DNA from: Cyanophora paradoxa CCMP329
Lineage: Eukaryota; Plantae; Glaucophyta
Length of the DNA stretch: 61,462 nucleotides
Direction: 5' to 3'
NCBI GenBank assembly: GCA_004431415.1
Contig: QPMI01000287.1
Location: forward strand, 1 to 61,462
In this document: positions 47,293 through 60,200 of the stretch, in pieces
Layout of the letters: each line of letters starts with the position of its first letter
How positions within the stretch are numbered: position 1 is the first letter of the stretch
Made by a program: the position numbers and the translations under genes
Notes under the pieces: model-generated
What the model saw: only the letters and a program-made list of their open reading frames with translations
Databases searched by the model: none
What the model was told of the DNA's origin: nothing

Positions 47293-48057
47293 TGCCTGTG
47301 AATGTCAGCAAGGCAAAGTTGGACCGGCCCGTATTTCGAGCGGGTCTTTATGTGGACTCCTTTGCAGAATGGGCAGGTTGGCTCTGTGAAAAGTATGATG
47401 AGATCGACCAGCTCGTAAGGGAACAAACGGGCGAGGAGCAGTCTCATTTCCTCTCTACATTGATTAAATAATATACCCTGCGATGTTAGTGAATGGATTG
47501 CATCTCTGGAATCATAGAGATGTTCAGTTTCCATCTGAATTCCCACTGTCAGCAGGGCTGCTGTGACATGTCTGTTCATCTTGGGATGAACGAGGATCAA
47601 AGCTCTGTTGATGGTCAGCCTGGCTCCCGCAGAAGCTCTGTCGATCGCAGAGGCTCCTTTGACCGTGGACAGGGTCAGGCACCGCAGATAGAGATTTACC
47701 AAGTGGAATCCATTTGGTCAGCTCCTTCGGAACGATAAATCGAACCTGGTCCTGAACCGTTATCGTCTTCACGAGGTTCACGATTGGTGAGAATTTGTAG
47801 GTAACGAGGCAGTCCCAGAAGCAGAACACATGAGCCACCCTTAATCCCTCCTCCCGAATCCCCCAATCCCTCTTCATGTAATGTCCAGGTAGCGATAGCG
47901 TCACTGAATCGCAGAAAGCTTTCTTCATTAGGTATAGTTTGAAAAATATACCCTTCTGCGGTGCATTTAGCTGGTAGTATTGGTATAAATCTAGATCCTC
48001 TATAGGAACCTTGTAGTGTCGCTCTAACGCAGTCTTTATAGTGGCTCGATCCATCAC
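47289..48057 (-). pseudogene. Hypothetical protein, probably one frameshifted gene (ORFs 47524-48057 and 47289-47702)
   Basis: Overlapping minus-strand ORFs; ends with a CPFC..H..C motif. Confidence 0.4.
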
Positions 48058-48059
48058 AA

Positions 48060-48613
48060 AAAATGACTTAAGGATAATCCTCTACTTTAATTAGAGAAAC
48101 AATTTTTCTAAGCCCTTAAGTAGAAGATGTCCGATAACGAAAACGCCCCAGTGATTGCTGAAGTCAAGCCCAAGAAGCGCTACGAGCTGACCCCAGAGCA
48201 AAAGGAAGCCAGGAACCAGAAATACAAGGAGAAATACCGCAACGATCCCGAGTTCAGAGCCAAGCAGTTGGCCCTTCGCAAGGCCAGGTATGAAAAATCG
48301 AAAGACAGGACCCTGGAGAAGCAGTGCATTCAGAAGCAGCAAAAATACGAAAACGATTTGGAATTCCGAGAGAAGAAGAAGGCCCAGTCGCTTGCTTACT
48401 ACCACAAAAAACATGCCGAGATGCTCGCTGCAAAGGCCGCTGCCCTCAATATATCCGAAACCCCCGCGACCTTAGTCGCATTAAAATCCGGTAGGCCCCG
48501 CAAATACAACAAAGAATCGCAATGAATCGAGAGAGTTCCCGATCGATATGTATAATTTTTATGTATAAAACCGTTTAATCGGTTTTGTATCGGGGGAAAA
48601 AATGACTTAAGGA
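48060..48613 (+). promoter_or_regulatory. Repeated upstream motif AAAATGACTTAAGGA (48060-48074 and 48599-48613)
   Basis: Exact 15-mer 67 and 91 nt upstream of two consecutive ATGs, each followed by T(A)AGAGAAA and TTTTCT. Confidence 0.6.
48127..48525 (+). CDS. Lys/Arg/Tyr-rich helical hypothetical protein (DNA-virus-like)
   Basis: ATG start, KYxNDxEFRxK repeated twice, GRPRKY AT-hook-like motif, upstream AT-rich motif. Confidence 0.6.
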   Translation: MSDNENAPVIAEVKPKKRYELTPEQKEARNQKYKEKYRNDPEFRAKQLALRKARYEKSKDRTLEKQCIQKQQKYENDLEFREKKKAQSLAYYHKKHAEMLAAKAAALNISETPATLVALKSGRPRKYNKESQ

Positions 48614-48689
48614 AATCTCACATAGATAATTTAAGAGAAAGGAGCTTTAAATACCCCCGAAAAATTATTTTCTGAACATAGTGTAAGCA

Positions 48690-49475
48690 ATGCCTCGGGC
48701 AAGTTACAAACGACGGAAAATATTGAAAGGGAAAGCAAACGAATTGTTTAACCTAGGCATTCAGCGGGGTCTGCTTTCGAAGAGAACTGCTGATGCTTTG
48801 ATCCGCAAGTTCTCGGGAACATCCAAGGTTCCCCAAACCGTACTCGAGCTGTATCTGACGAACATTCAGTCGATGTTCGATGCCGAGCGACCTGCAAAGG
48901 GATACACCCTGCAATCGCTGCTCGGGGTTTGCCAGGCTGCATTGGATCAAGAGATCGGTCGCATGGGAGCCATTGAGGCTGAACCTGCGAGACCTCGAGA
49001 AAACAGGCAGCTGACTCAATTTTTCCGGCAGATTGCCCAGTTTCCCGATGATGCTATTGTTCGGGTCACTTTCAAGCTCTGGGCCGAGATTAATGCTGAA
49101 CCCACGGGTCGTGCAAGGGATCAGCCCCTCCGCTTCGAAGGTCGCATGTACCGACCCCTGAAAAGGGCTTCGATCACAATTCCGGTGAGAATGCTGCGAC
49201 AGCTTGCCCGGGACGGTTTCGTTACCAGATTTGTGCTGAACCAGAGACACTACATGGTCGCTGATTTACCCACGGGTCGTGCAAGGGATCAGCCCCTCCG
49301 CTTCGAAGGTCGCATGTACCGACCCCTGAAAAGGGCTTCGATCACAATTCCGGTGAGAATGCTGCGACAGCTTGCCCGGGACGGTTTCGTTACCAGATTT
49401 GTGCTGAACCAGAGACACTACATGGTCGCTGATTTCCTGTATGTTGTTGAGACCGTGTTTAAGGCTGTGAGCTGA
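48690..49475 (+). CDS. Hypothetical protein with an in-frame 168-bp internal duplication, probably 3'-truncated
   Basis: ATG start; PTGRARDQ...YMVAD repeated at 49101 and 49269. Confidence 0.5.
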   Translation: MPRASYKRRKILKGKANELFNLGIQRGLLSKRTADALIRKFSGTSKVPQTVLELYLTNIQSMFDAERPAKGYTLQSLLGVCQAALDQEIGRMGAIEAEPARPRENRQLTQFFRQIAQFPDDAIVRVTFKLWAEINAEPTGRARDQPLRFEGRMYRPLKRASITIPVRMLRQLARDGFVTRFVLNQRHYMVADLPTGRARDQPLRFEGRMYRPLKRASITIPVRMLRQLARDGFVTRFVLNQRHYMVADFLYVVETVFKAVS

Positions 49476-49498
49476 AGTGTAGTTTGCCTAAGTCAGTG

Positions 49499-51288
49499 TG
49501 TCATAGTACCCCCTGATGTACCCTAGCCTAGCTTGATGTATGGGGGCTTGCCCGACAGTTGGTGTGTTGGGTGGAGAATACAGTGTGGTGTCCAGGAACT
49601 TGTCCTGGTGCATCAGCGTGTGAACCCAAAGTGTACTTCGGGACATTTGGGGCCAATACCGCGGAGCTGTGGATCTTTATGTGAATCTTTATTTTTCTTG
49701 TTTTTTTTCGGCGGAGTGCCAATGTATCGGTGTCCTCATTGTGTTCTTCTTGCTGCGTACGTGCATTGCGTGTAGCGCAGTAAAAAAAAGTGGATCGTTT
49801 CACCCGTCGTGATTCTGCCATTTATGATATCGTAATTGACTCGTACTTACCGGAATTGCTTCGTCGGGTTGTGCTCGAAGCACTGGCCGACTCAGACGGA
49901 GAAGACCGAGTTTCTGTTGACATTGATTTGGACGACATGGGTGCTCCTCCGCCCAACCAGGACGTCCTTAAGGCGTTCATCAAGACCAGCAATTTAGTTA
50001 TTTTTGATTCAAATGCACCAAATCGTTTCCTGTCTCAGCTCCGTAGACTTTTGATTTCGGTGGACATCATTCCCAATGCAAATGATGAGTTGGCCGTCAA
50101 CACTTGGGTCGCCCAGACCCAGGCCAATCATGATTATATTTGGACTCAGCTTCGCATGAAAATCTCTAATTGCTTTTCGACTGGTCCAGCTCAGGATTTC
50201 TGCCCAGAGGTCCTGCAGTCTGCTGACTGGCCGGATTTTGTTGCAAGATTTTCCGCCCATTTCTTGCACAATGCAGTGCGAAGCCAGACAAATAAGTTGT
50301 ATTGGAACTACACTTATCAGTTCGCTTGCTTTACTTTCGGCGCGATTGTTCCCTTCGTGACTTTTGCCATGGAGAAGTTCAAGCGTGCTGAGGAGTGTAA
50401 CTCTCGCGATTTGACTGAGGATGTAGTTATGAAGGATATTTGGAATGAATTGAATCTGCCTGGAGATTTGCCTTTGGAATTGAATAATAAACAGAAATTG
50501 TATTTCAGACTCAAACAGGTGTGGGAGAAGAAATTGCAGGATTCTGCAGCGGGCTCTCACTCCAAGGGAGACCTTGGTTTCACGTCTCTTACTACAGAGC
50601 GTGGCTCTGGTTCTTCCTCTTCTCTCATGACCAAGTCTGAAGTAGAGTATTTGATGGATGAAAAATTGAAGAGTTTTGGAGTGAAAATAGATGAGAAAAT
50701 TGATGATTTGCGCTCTGAAATTAAGCGCACAAATAATGCAGTTCTTGATAAGTTGGATCAGATTGGGCGCCAAGTCAGTTCTCGCCCCCAGGGTGACTCT
50801 TGGCGTGGCAATTATAATTTTGGACGTGGAGGATATGGAGGTCGCGGTCGTGGGCACTATACCCAGCGCGACTCTCATGATTCTGGACATTATTCTGGTG
50901 GTGGTGATCGCGGTCGCTCCGTTGAGCGCCGTGGGTCTTCTTCTGACCCTAAGGGTCGGGGCGGTTCGCAGCCCCGCCCGAAAAACGCCTAAACCAGCCG
51001 GTATCTGCCCGCCAGGCTGGGGCGGCGTCTAAACCAGCCACTTTCGGAGCAGCTGTTATTGATTCCTTTGATTCCTTTGATTTCATTCAATGAATTTCTT
51101 CGACGAATTGCACAGCGAGTCAACAGTTGTTTCGATTCTTCTTCCCCTTCGTCTCTTTCATCATCCAATGTTTCCCAATCATCCAACTTCCCTATCGTTG
51201 CCAACGACAAGAAAGATGCTAGTAGTCTTAGAGTTTCTTCTTTGGATACAATCCCGGTCATTGCGCCGGAAGGTCAGCCGCATTTGCG
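49499..51288 (+). mobile_element. gag: 5' fragment of an LTR element (leader, PBS-like site, gag 49790-50992, pol stub); diverged relative of 25600-27380
   Basis: Shared DRFTRRDSAIYD..., QVSSRPQGDxWRGNYNFxRGGYGGRGRG and upstream leader sequence; truncated by satellite at 51289. Confidence 0.75.
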
Positions 51289-54200
51289 TAATGGGGGCAG
51301 CCCCGAACCCAACCTCGAAACTAGAAAACTAACACCCCTCCCTATCATGCAAACCTGCCAGAGTGCTCTGGCGAATCCCAGCGCTCCCTGCCTGCTGTTT
51401 CGTGTGGGTGGGGACCCCTGAAAGATTTCGGGGGCAATGGGGGCAGCCCCGAACCCAACCTCGAAACTAGAAAACTAACACCCCTCCCTACCATGCAAAC
51501 CTGCCAGAGTGCTCTGGCGAATCCCAGCGGGTGGGGACCCCTGTGTGATTTTGGGGGGCGATGGGGGCAGCCCCGAACCCAACCCCGAAACTAGAAAACT
51601 TACACCCCTCCCTTTCATGCAAACCTGCCTGAAATCTCACAGGGTCCCCACCCACACGAAACAGCAGGCAGGGGCGCTGGGATTCGCCAGAGCGCTCTGG
51701 CAGGTTTGCATGATAGGAGGGTGTTAGTTTCTAGTTCGAGGTTGGGTTGGGCTGCCCCATCGCCCCCGTGAGATTTCAGGGGGCGATTGGGGCACCCCGA
51801 ACCCAACCCGAAACTAGAAAACTAACACCCCTCCCTATCATGAAACCTGCCAGAGTGCTCTGGCGGATCCCAGCGCTCCGTTCCTGCTGTTTCGTGTGGG
51901 TGGGGACCCCTGTGAGATTTCGGGGGGCGATGGGGGCAGCCCCGCACCCAACCTTGAAACTAGAAAACTAACACCCCTCCCTATCATGCAAACCTGCCAG
52001 AGTGCTCTGGCGAATCCCAGCGCTCCCCGCCTGCTGTTTTGTGTGGGTGGAGACCCCTGTGAGATTTCGTGGGGCGATCGCTGCAGCCCCAAACCCAACC
52101 TCGAATCTAGAAAACTTACACCCCTCCCTATCCTGCAAACCTGCCAGAGTGCTCTGGCGAATCCCAGCGCTCCCTGCCTGCTGTTCCGTGTGGGTGGGGA
52201 CCCCTGTGAGATTTCAGGGGGCGATTGGGGCCACCCCGAACCCAACCCCGAAACTAGAAAACTAACACCCCTCCCTATCATGCAAACCTGCCAGAGTGCT
52301 CTGGCGGATCCCAGCGCTCCGTTCCTGCTGTTTCGTGTGGGTGGGGACCCCTGTGAGATTTCGGGGGCGATGGGGCAGCCCCGACCCAACCTGAAACTAG
52401 AAAACTAACACCCCTCCCTATCATGCAAACCTGCCAGAGTGCTCTGGCGAATCCCAGCGCTCCCGCCTGCTGTTTGTGTGGGTGGGACCCCTGTGAGATT
52501 TCGGGGGCGATCGGTGCAGCCCCAACCCAACCTCGAATCTAGAAAACTTACACCCCTCCCTATCCTGCAAACCTGCCAGAGTGCTCTGGCGAATCCCAGC
52601 GCTCCCTGCCTGCTGTTTCGTGTGGGTGGGGACCCCTGTGAGATTTCGGGGGGCGATCGGGGCAGCCCCGAACCCAACCCCGAAACTAGAAAACTAACAC
52701 CCCTCCCTATCATGCAAACCTGCCAGAGTGCTCTGGCGAATCCCAGCGCTCCGTTCCTGCTGTTTCGTGTGGGTGGGGACCCCTGTGAGATTTCGGGGGC
52801 GATGGGGCAGCCCCAACCCAACCTGAAACTAGAAAACTAACACCCCTCCCTATCATGCAAACCTGCCAGAGTGCTCTGGCGAATCCCAGCGCTCCCGCCT
52901 GCTGTTTCGTGTGGGTGGGACCCCTGTGAGATTTGGGGGCGATGGGGCAGCCCCAACCCAACCTCGAAACTAGAAAACTAACACCCCTCCCTATCATGCA
53001 ACCTGCCAGAGTGCTCTGGCGATCCCAGCGCTCCCTGCCTGCTGTTTCGTGTGGGTGGGGACCCCTGTGAAATTTCGGGGGGCAATCGGGGCAGCCCCGA
53101 CCCAACCTCGAACTAGAAAACTAACACCCCTCCCTATCATGCAAACCTGCCAGAGTGCTCTGGCGAATCCCAGCGCTCCCTTCCTGCTGTTTCGTGTGGG
53201 TGGGGACCCCTGTGAGATTTGGGGGCGATCGGGGCAGCCCCAACCCAACCCGAAACTAGAAAACTAACACCCTCCCTATCATGCAAACCTGCCAGAGTGC
53301 TCTGGCGATCCCAGCGCTCCTCCTGCTGTTTCGTGTGGGTGGGACCCCTGTGAGATTTCGGGGGCGATGGGGCAGCCCCAACCCAACCTCGAAACTAGAA
53401 AACTAACACCCCTCCCTATCATGCAAACCTGCCAGAGTGCTCTGGCGATCCCAGCGCCCCTGCCTGCTGTTTCGTGTGGGTGGGGACCCCTGTGAGATTT
53501 CGGGGGCGATCGGGGCAGCCCCGAACCCAACCTCGAAACTAGAAAACTAACACCCCTCCCTATCATGCAAACCTGCCAGAGTGCTCTGGCGAATCCAGCG
53601 CTCCTCCTGCTGTTTCGTGTGGGTGGGGACCCCTGTGAGATTTGGGGGCGATGGGGCAGCCCCAACCCAACCTCGAAACTAGAAAACTAACACCCTCCCT
53701 ATCATGCAAACCTGCCAGAGTGCTCTGGCGATCCCAGCGCTCCCTGCCTGCTGTTTCGTGTGGGTGGGGACCCCTGTGAGATTTCGGGGGGCGATCGGGG
53801 CAGCCCCAACCCAACCTCGAAACTAGAAAACTAACACCCCTCCCTATCATGCAAACCTGCCAGAGTGCTCTGGCGAATCCCAGCGCCCCTGCCTGCTGTT
53901 TGTGTGGGTGGGGACCCCTGTGAGATTTCGGGGGCGATGGGGCAGCCCCGAACCCAACCTCGAAACTAGAAAACTAACACCCTCCCTATCATGCAAACCT
54001 GCCAGAGTGCTCTGGCGAATCCCAGCGCTCCCTGCCTGCTGTTTCGTGTGGGTGGGGACCCCTGTGAGATTTCGGGGGCATGGGGCAGCCCCGACCCAAC
54101 CTGAAACTAGAAAACTAACACCCCTCCCTATCATGCAAACCTGCCAGAGTGCTCTGGCGAATCCCAGCGCTCCCTGCCTGCTGTTTCGTGTGGGTGGGGA

Positions 54201-57200
54201 CCCCTGTGAGATTTCGGGGGCGATCGGGGCAGCCCCAACCCAACCTCGAAACTAGAAAACTAACACCCCTCCCTATCATGCAAACCTGCCAGAGTGCTCT
54301 GGCGAATCCCAGCGCTCCCTGCCTGCTGTTTCGTGTGGGTGGGGACCCCTGTGAGATTTCGGGGGCGATGGGGCAGCCCCGAACCCAACCTCGAAACTAG
54401 AAAACTAACACCCCTCCCTATCATGCAAACCTGCCAGAGTGCTCTGGCGAATCCCAGCGCTCCCTCCTGCTGTTTCGTGTGGGTGGGGACCCCTGTGAGA
54501 TTTCGGGGGCGATTGGGGCAGCCCCGAACCCAACCTCGAAACTAGAAAACTAACACCCCTCCCTATCATGCAAACCTGCCAGAGTGCTCTGGCGAATCCC
54601 AGCGCTACCCGCCTGCTGTTTCGTGTGGGTGGGGACCCCTGTGAGATTTCGGGGGCGATCGGGGCAGCCCCAACCCAACCTCGAAACTAGAAAACTAACA
54701 CCCCTCCCTATCATGCAAACCTGCCAGAGTGCTCTGGCGAATCCCAGCGCTCCCTGCCTGCTGTTTCGTGTGGGTGGGGACCCCTGTGAGATTTCGGGGG
54801 CGATGGGGGCAGCCCCGAACCCAACCTCGAAACTAGAAAACTAACACCCCTCCCTATCATGCAAACCTGCCAGAGTGCTCTGGCGAATCCAGCGCTCCTC
54901 CTGCTGTTTCGTGTGGGTGGGGACCCCTGTGAGATTTCGGGGGCGATGGGGCAGCCCCGAACCCAACCTTGAAACTAGAAAACTAACACCCCTCCCTATC
55001 ATGCAAACCTGCCAGAGTGCTCTGGCGAATCCCAGCGCTCCCTGCCTGCTGTTTCGTGTGGGTGGGGACCCCTGTGAGATTTCAGGGGGCGATGGGGGCA
55101 GCCCCGAACCCAACCTCGAAACTAGAAAACTAACACCCCTCCCTATCATGCAAACCTGCCAGAGTGCTCTGGCGAATCCCAGCGCTCCCTGCCTGCTGTT
55201 TCGTGTGGGTGGGGACCCCTGTGAGATTTCGGGGGGCAATCGGGGCAGCCCCGACCCAACCTCGAAACTAGAAAACTAACACCCCTCCCTATCATGCAAA
55301 CCTGCCAGAGTGCTCTGGCGAATCCCAGCGCTCCCTTCCTGCTGTTTCGTGTGGGTGGGGACCCCTGTGAGATTTCGGGGGCGATGGGGGCAGCCCCGAA
55401 CCCAACCTCGAAACTAGAAAACTAACACCCCTCCCTATCATGCAAACCTGCCAGAGTGCTCTGGCGAATCCCAGCGCTCCCTTCCTGCTGTTTCGTGTGG
55501 GTGGGGACCCCTGTGAGATTTCGGGGGCGATGGGGGCAGCCCCGAACCCAACCTCGAAACTAGAAAACTAACACCCCTCCCTATCATGCAAACCTGCCAG
55601 AGTGCTCTGGCGAATCCCAGCGCTCCCTGCCTGCTGTTTCGTGTGGGTGGGACCCCTGTGAGATTTCGGGGGCGATGGGGCAGCCCCAACCCAACCTCGA
55701 AACTAGAAAACTAACACCCCTCCCTATCATGCAAACCTGCCAGAGTGCTCTGGCGAATCCCAGCGCTCCCTGCCTGCTGTTTCGTGTGGGTGGGGACCCC
55801 TGTGAGATTTCGGGGGCGATTGGGGCAGCCCCGAACCCAACCTCGAAACTAGAAAACTAACACCCCTCCCTATCATGCAAACCTGCCAGAGTGCTCTGGC
55901 GAATCCCAGCGCTCCCTCCTGCTGTTTCGTGTGGGTGGGGACCCCTGTGAGATTTCGGGGGCGATGGGGCAGCCCGAACCCAACCTCGAAACTAGAAAAC
56001 TAACACCCCTCCCTATCATGCAAACCTGCCAGAGTGCTCTGGCGAATCCCAGCGCTCCCTCCTGCTGTTTCGTGTGGGTGGGGACCCCTGTGAGATTTCG
56101 GGGGCGATGGGGCAGCCCCAACCCAACCTCGAAACTAGAAAACTAACACCCCTCCCTATCATGCAAACCTGCCAGAGTGCTCTGGCGAATCCCAGCGCTC
56201 CCTGCCTGCTGTTTCGTGTGGGTGGGGACCCCTGTGAGATTTCGGGGGCGATGGGGGCAGCCCCGAACCCAACCTCGAAACTAGAAAACTAACACCCTCC
56301 CTATCATGCAAACCTGCCAGAGTGCTCTGGCGAATCCCAGCGCTCCCTGCCTGCTGTTTCGTGTGGGTGGGGACCCCTGTGAGATTTCGGGGGGCGATGG
56401 GGCAGCCCCGAACCCAACCTCGAAACTAGAAAACTAACACCCCTCCCTATCATGCAAACCTGCCAGAGTGCTCTGGCGAATCCCAGCGCTCCCTGCCTGC
56501 TGTTTCGTGTGGGTGGGGACCCCTGTGAGATTTCAGGGGGCGATGGGGGCAGCCCCAAACCCAACCTCGAAACTAGAAAACTAACACCCCTCCCTATCAT
56601 GCAAACCTGCCAGAGTGCTCTGGCGAATCCCAGCGCTCCCTGCCTGCTGTTTCGTGTGGGTGGGGACCCCTGTGAGATTTCGGGGGGCGATGGGGGCAGC
56701 CCCGAACCCAACCTCGAAACTAGAAAACTAACACCCCTCCCTATCATGCAAACCTGCCAGAGTGCTCTGGCGAATCCCAGCGCTCCCTTCCTGCTGTTTC
56801 GTGTGGGTGGGGACCCCTGTGAGATTTCGGGGGCGATGGGGGCAGCCCCGAACCCAACCTCGAAACTAGAAAACTAACACCCCTCCCTATCATGCAAACC
56901 TGCCAGAGTGCTCTGGCGAATCCCAGCGCTCCCTGCCTGCTGTTTCGTGTGGGTGGGGACCCCTGTGAGATTTCGGGGGGCGATGGGGGCAGCCCCAAAC
57001 CCAACCTCGAAACTAGAAAACTAACACCCCTCCCTATCATGCAAACCTGCCAGAGTGCTCTGGCGAATCCCAGCGCTCCCTGCCTGCTGTTTCGTGTGGG
57101 TGGGGACCCCTGTGAGATTTCGGGGGCGATCGGGGCAGCCCCGAACCCAACCTCGAAACTAGAAAACTAACACCCCTCCCTATCATGCAAACCTGCCAGA

Positions 57201-60200
57201 GTGCTCTGGCGAATCCCAGCGCTCCCTGCCTGCTGTTTCGTGTGGGTGGGGACCCCTGTGAGATTTCGGGGGCGATGGGGCAGCCCGAACCCAACCTCGA
57301 AACTAGAAAACTAACACCCCTCCCTATCATGCAAACCTGCCAGAGTGCTCTGGCGAATCCCAGCGCTCCCTGCCTGCTGTTTCGTGTGGGTGGGGACCCC
57401 TGTGAGATTTCGGGGGCGATGGGGCAGCCCCGAACCCAACCTCGAAACTAGAAAACTAACACCCTCCCTATCATGCAAACCTGCCAGAGTGCTCTGGCGA
57501 ATCCCAGCGCTCCCTGCCTGCTGTTTCGTGTGGGTGGGGACCCCTGTGAGATTTCGGGGGCGATGGGGCAGCCCCAACCCAACCTCGAAACTAGAAAACT
57601 AACACCCCTCCCTATCATGCAAACCTGCCAGAGTGCTCTGGCGAATCCCAGCGCTCCCTGCCTGCTGTTTCGTGTGGGTGGGGACCCCTGTGAGATTTCG
57701 GGGGCGATGGGGCAGCCCGAACCCAACCTCGAAACTAGAAAACTAACACCCCTCCCTATCATGCAAACCTGCCAGAGTGCTCTGGCGAATCCCAGCGCTC
57801 CCTCCTGCTGTTTCGTGTGGGTGGGGACCCCTGTGAGATTTCGGGGGCGATGGGGCAGCCCCCAACCCAACCTCGAAACTAGAAAACTAACACCCCTCCC
57901 TATCATGCAAACCTGCCAGAGTGCTCTGGCGAATCCCAGCGCTCCCTGCCTGCTGTTTCGTGTGGGTGGGGACCCCTGTGAGATTTCGGGGGCGATGGGG
58001 GCAGCCCCGAACCCAACCTCGAAACTAGAAAACTAACACCCCTCCCTATCATGCAAACCTGCCAGAGTGCTCTGGCGAATCCCAGCGCTCCCTGCCTGCT
58101 GTTTCGTGTGGGTGGGACCCCTGTGAGATTTCGGGGGCGATCGGGGCAGCCCCAAACCCAACCTCGAAACTAGAAAACTAACACCCCTCCCTATCATGCA
58201 AACCTGCCAGAGTGCTCTGGCGAATCCCAGCGCTCCCTGCCTGCTGTTTCGTGTGGGTGGGGACCCCTGTGAGATTTCGGGGGCGATGGGGCAGCCCCGA
58301 ACCCAACCTCGAAACTAGAAAACTAACACCCCTCCCTATCATGCAAACCTGCCAGAGTGCTCTGGCGAATCCCAGCGCTCCCTCCTGCTGTTTCGTGTGG
58401 GTGGGGACCCCTGTGAGATTTCGGGGGCGATGGGGCAGCCCGAACCCAACCTCGAAACTAGAAAACTAACACCCCTCCCTATCATGCAAACCTGCCAGAG
58501 TGCTCTGGCGAATCCCAGCGCTCCCTGCCTGCTGTTTCGTGTGGGTGGGGACCCCTGTGAGATTTCGGGGGCGATGGGGCAGCCCCGAACCCAACCTCGA
58601 AACTAGAAAACTAACACCCTCCCTATCATGCAAACCTGCCAGAGTGCTCTGGCGAATCCCAGCGCTCCCTGCCTGCTGTTTCGTGTGGGTGGGGACCCCT
58701 GTGAGATTTCGGGGGCGATGGGGCAGCCCGAACCCAACCTCGAAACTAGAAAACTAACACCCTCCCTATCATGCAAACCTGCCAGAGTGCTCTGGCGAAT
58801 CCCAGCGCTCCCTGCCTGCTGTTTCGTGTGGGTGGGGACCCCTGTGAGATTTCGGGGGGCGATGGGGCAGCCCCGAACCCAACCTCGAAACTAGAAAACT
58901 AACACCCCTCCCTATCATGCAAACCTGCCAGAGTGCTCTGGCGAATCCCAGCGCTCCCTGCCTGCTGTTTCGTGTGGGTGGGGACCCCTGTGAGATTTCA
59001 GGGGGCGATGGGGCAGCCCCGAACCCAACCTCGAAACTAGAAAACTAACACCCCTCCCTATCATGCAAACCTGCCAGAGTGCTCTGGCGAATCCCAGCGC
59101 TCCCTGCCTGCTGTTTCGTGTGGGTGGGGACCCCTGTGAGATTTCGGGGGGCGATGGGGCAGCCCCGAACCCAACCTCGAAACTAGAAAACTAACACCCC
59201 TCCCTATCATGCAAACCTGCCAGAGTGCTCTGGCGAATCCCAGCGCTCCCTGCCTGCTGTTTCGTGTGGGTGGGGACCCCTGTGAGATTTCGGGGGCGAT
59301 CGGGGCAGCCCCGAACCCAACCTCGAAACTAGAAAACTAACACCCCTCCCTATCATGCAAACCTGCCAGAGTGCTCTGGCGAATCCCAGCGCTCCCTGCC
59401 TGCTGTTTCGTGTGGGTGGGGACCCCTGTGAGATTTCGGGGGCGATGGGGCAGCCCCGAACCCAACCTCGAAACTAGAAAACTAACACCCCTCCCTATCA
59501 TGCAAACCTGCCAGAGTGCTCTGGCGAATCCCAGCGCTCCCTCCTGCTGTTTCGTGTGGGTGGGGACCCCTGTGAGATTTCGGGGGCGATGGGGCAGCCC
59601 CAACCCAACCTCGAAACTAGAAAACTAACACCCCTCCCTATCATGCAAACCTGCCAGAGTGCTCTGGCGAATCCCAGCGCTCCCTGCCTGCTGTTTCGTG
59701 TGGGTGGGGACCCCTGTGAGATTTCGGGGGCGATGGGGCAGCCCCGAACCCAACCTCGAAACTAGAAAACTAACACCCCTCCCTATCATGCAAACCTGCC
59801 AGAGTGCTCTGGCGAATCCCAGCGCTCCCTCCTGCTGTTTCGTGTGGGTGGGGACCCCTGTGAGATTTCGGGGGCGATGGGGCAGCCCGAACCCAACCTC
59901 GAAACTAGAAAACTAACACCCCTCCCTATCATGCAAACCTGCCAGAGTGCTCTGGCGAATCCCAGCGCTCCCTGCCTGCTGTTTCGTGTGGGTGGGACCC
60001 CTGTGAGATTTCGGGGGGCGATGGGGGCAGCCCCGAACCCAACCTCGAAACTAGAAAACTAACACCCCTCCCTATCATGCAAACCTGCCAGAGTGCTCTG
60101 GCGAATCCCAGCGCTCCCTGCCTGCTGTTTCGTGTGGGTGGGGACCCCTGTGAGATTTCGGGGGGCGATGGGGCAGCCCCGAACCCAACCTCGAAACTAG

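Noticed and set aside
50009-50890. 293-aa antisense ORF over gag, and similar antisense ORFs over pol and the LINE
   Set aside because: These are shadow frames of real coding strands with no motifs
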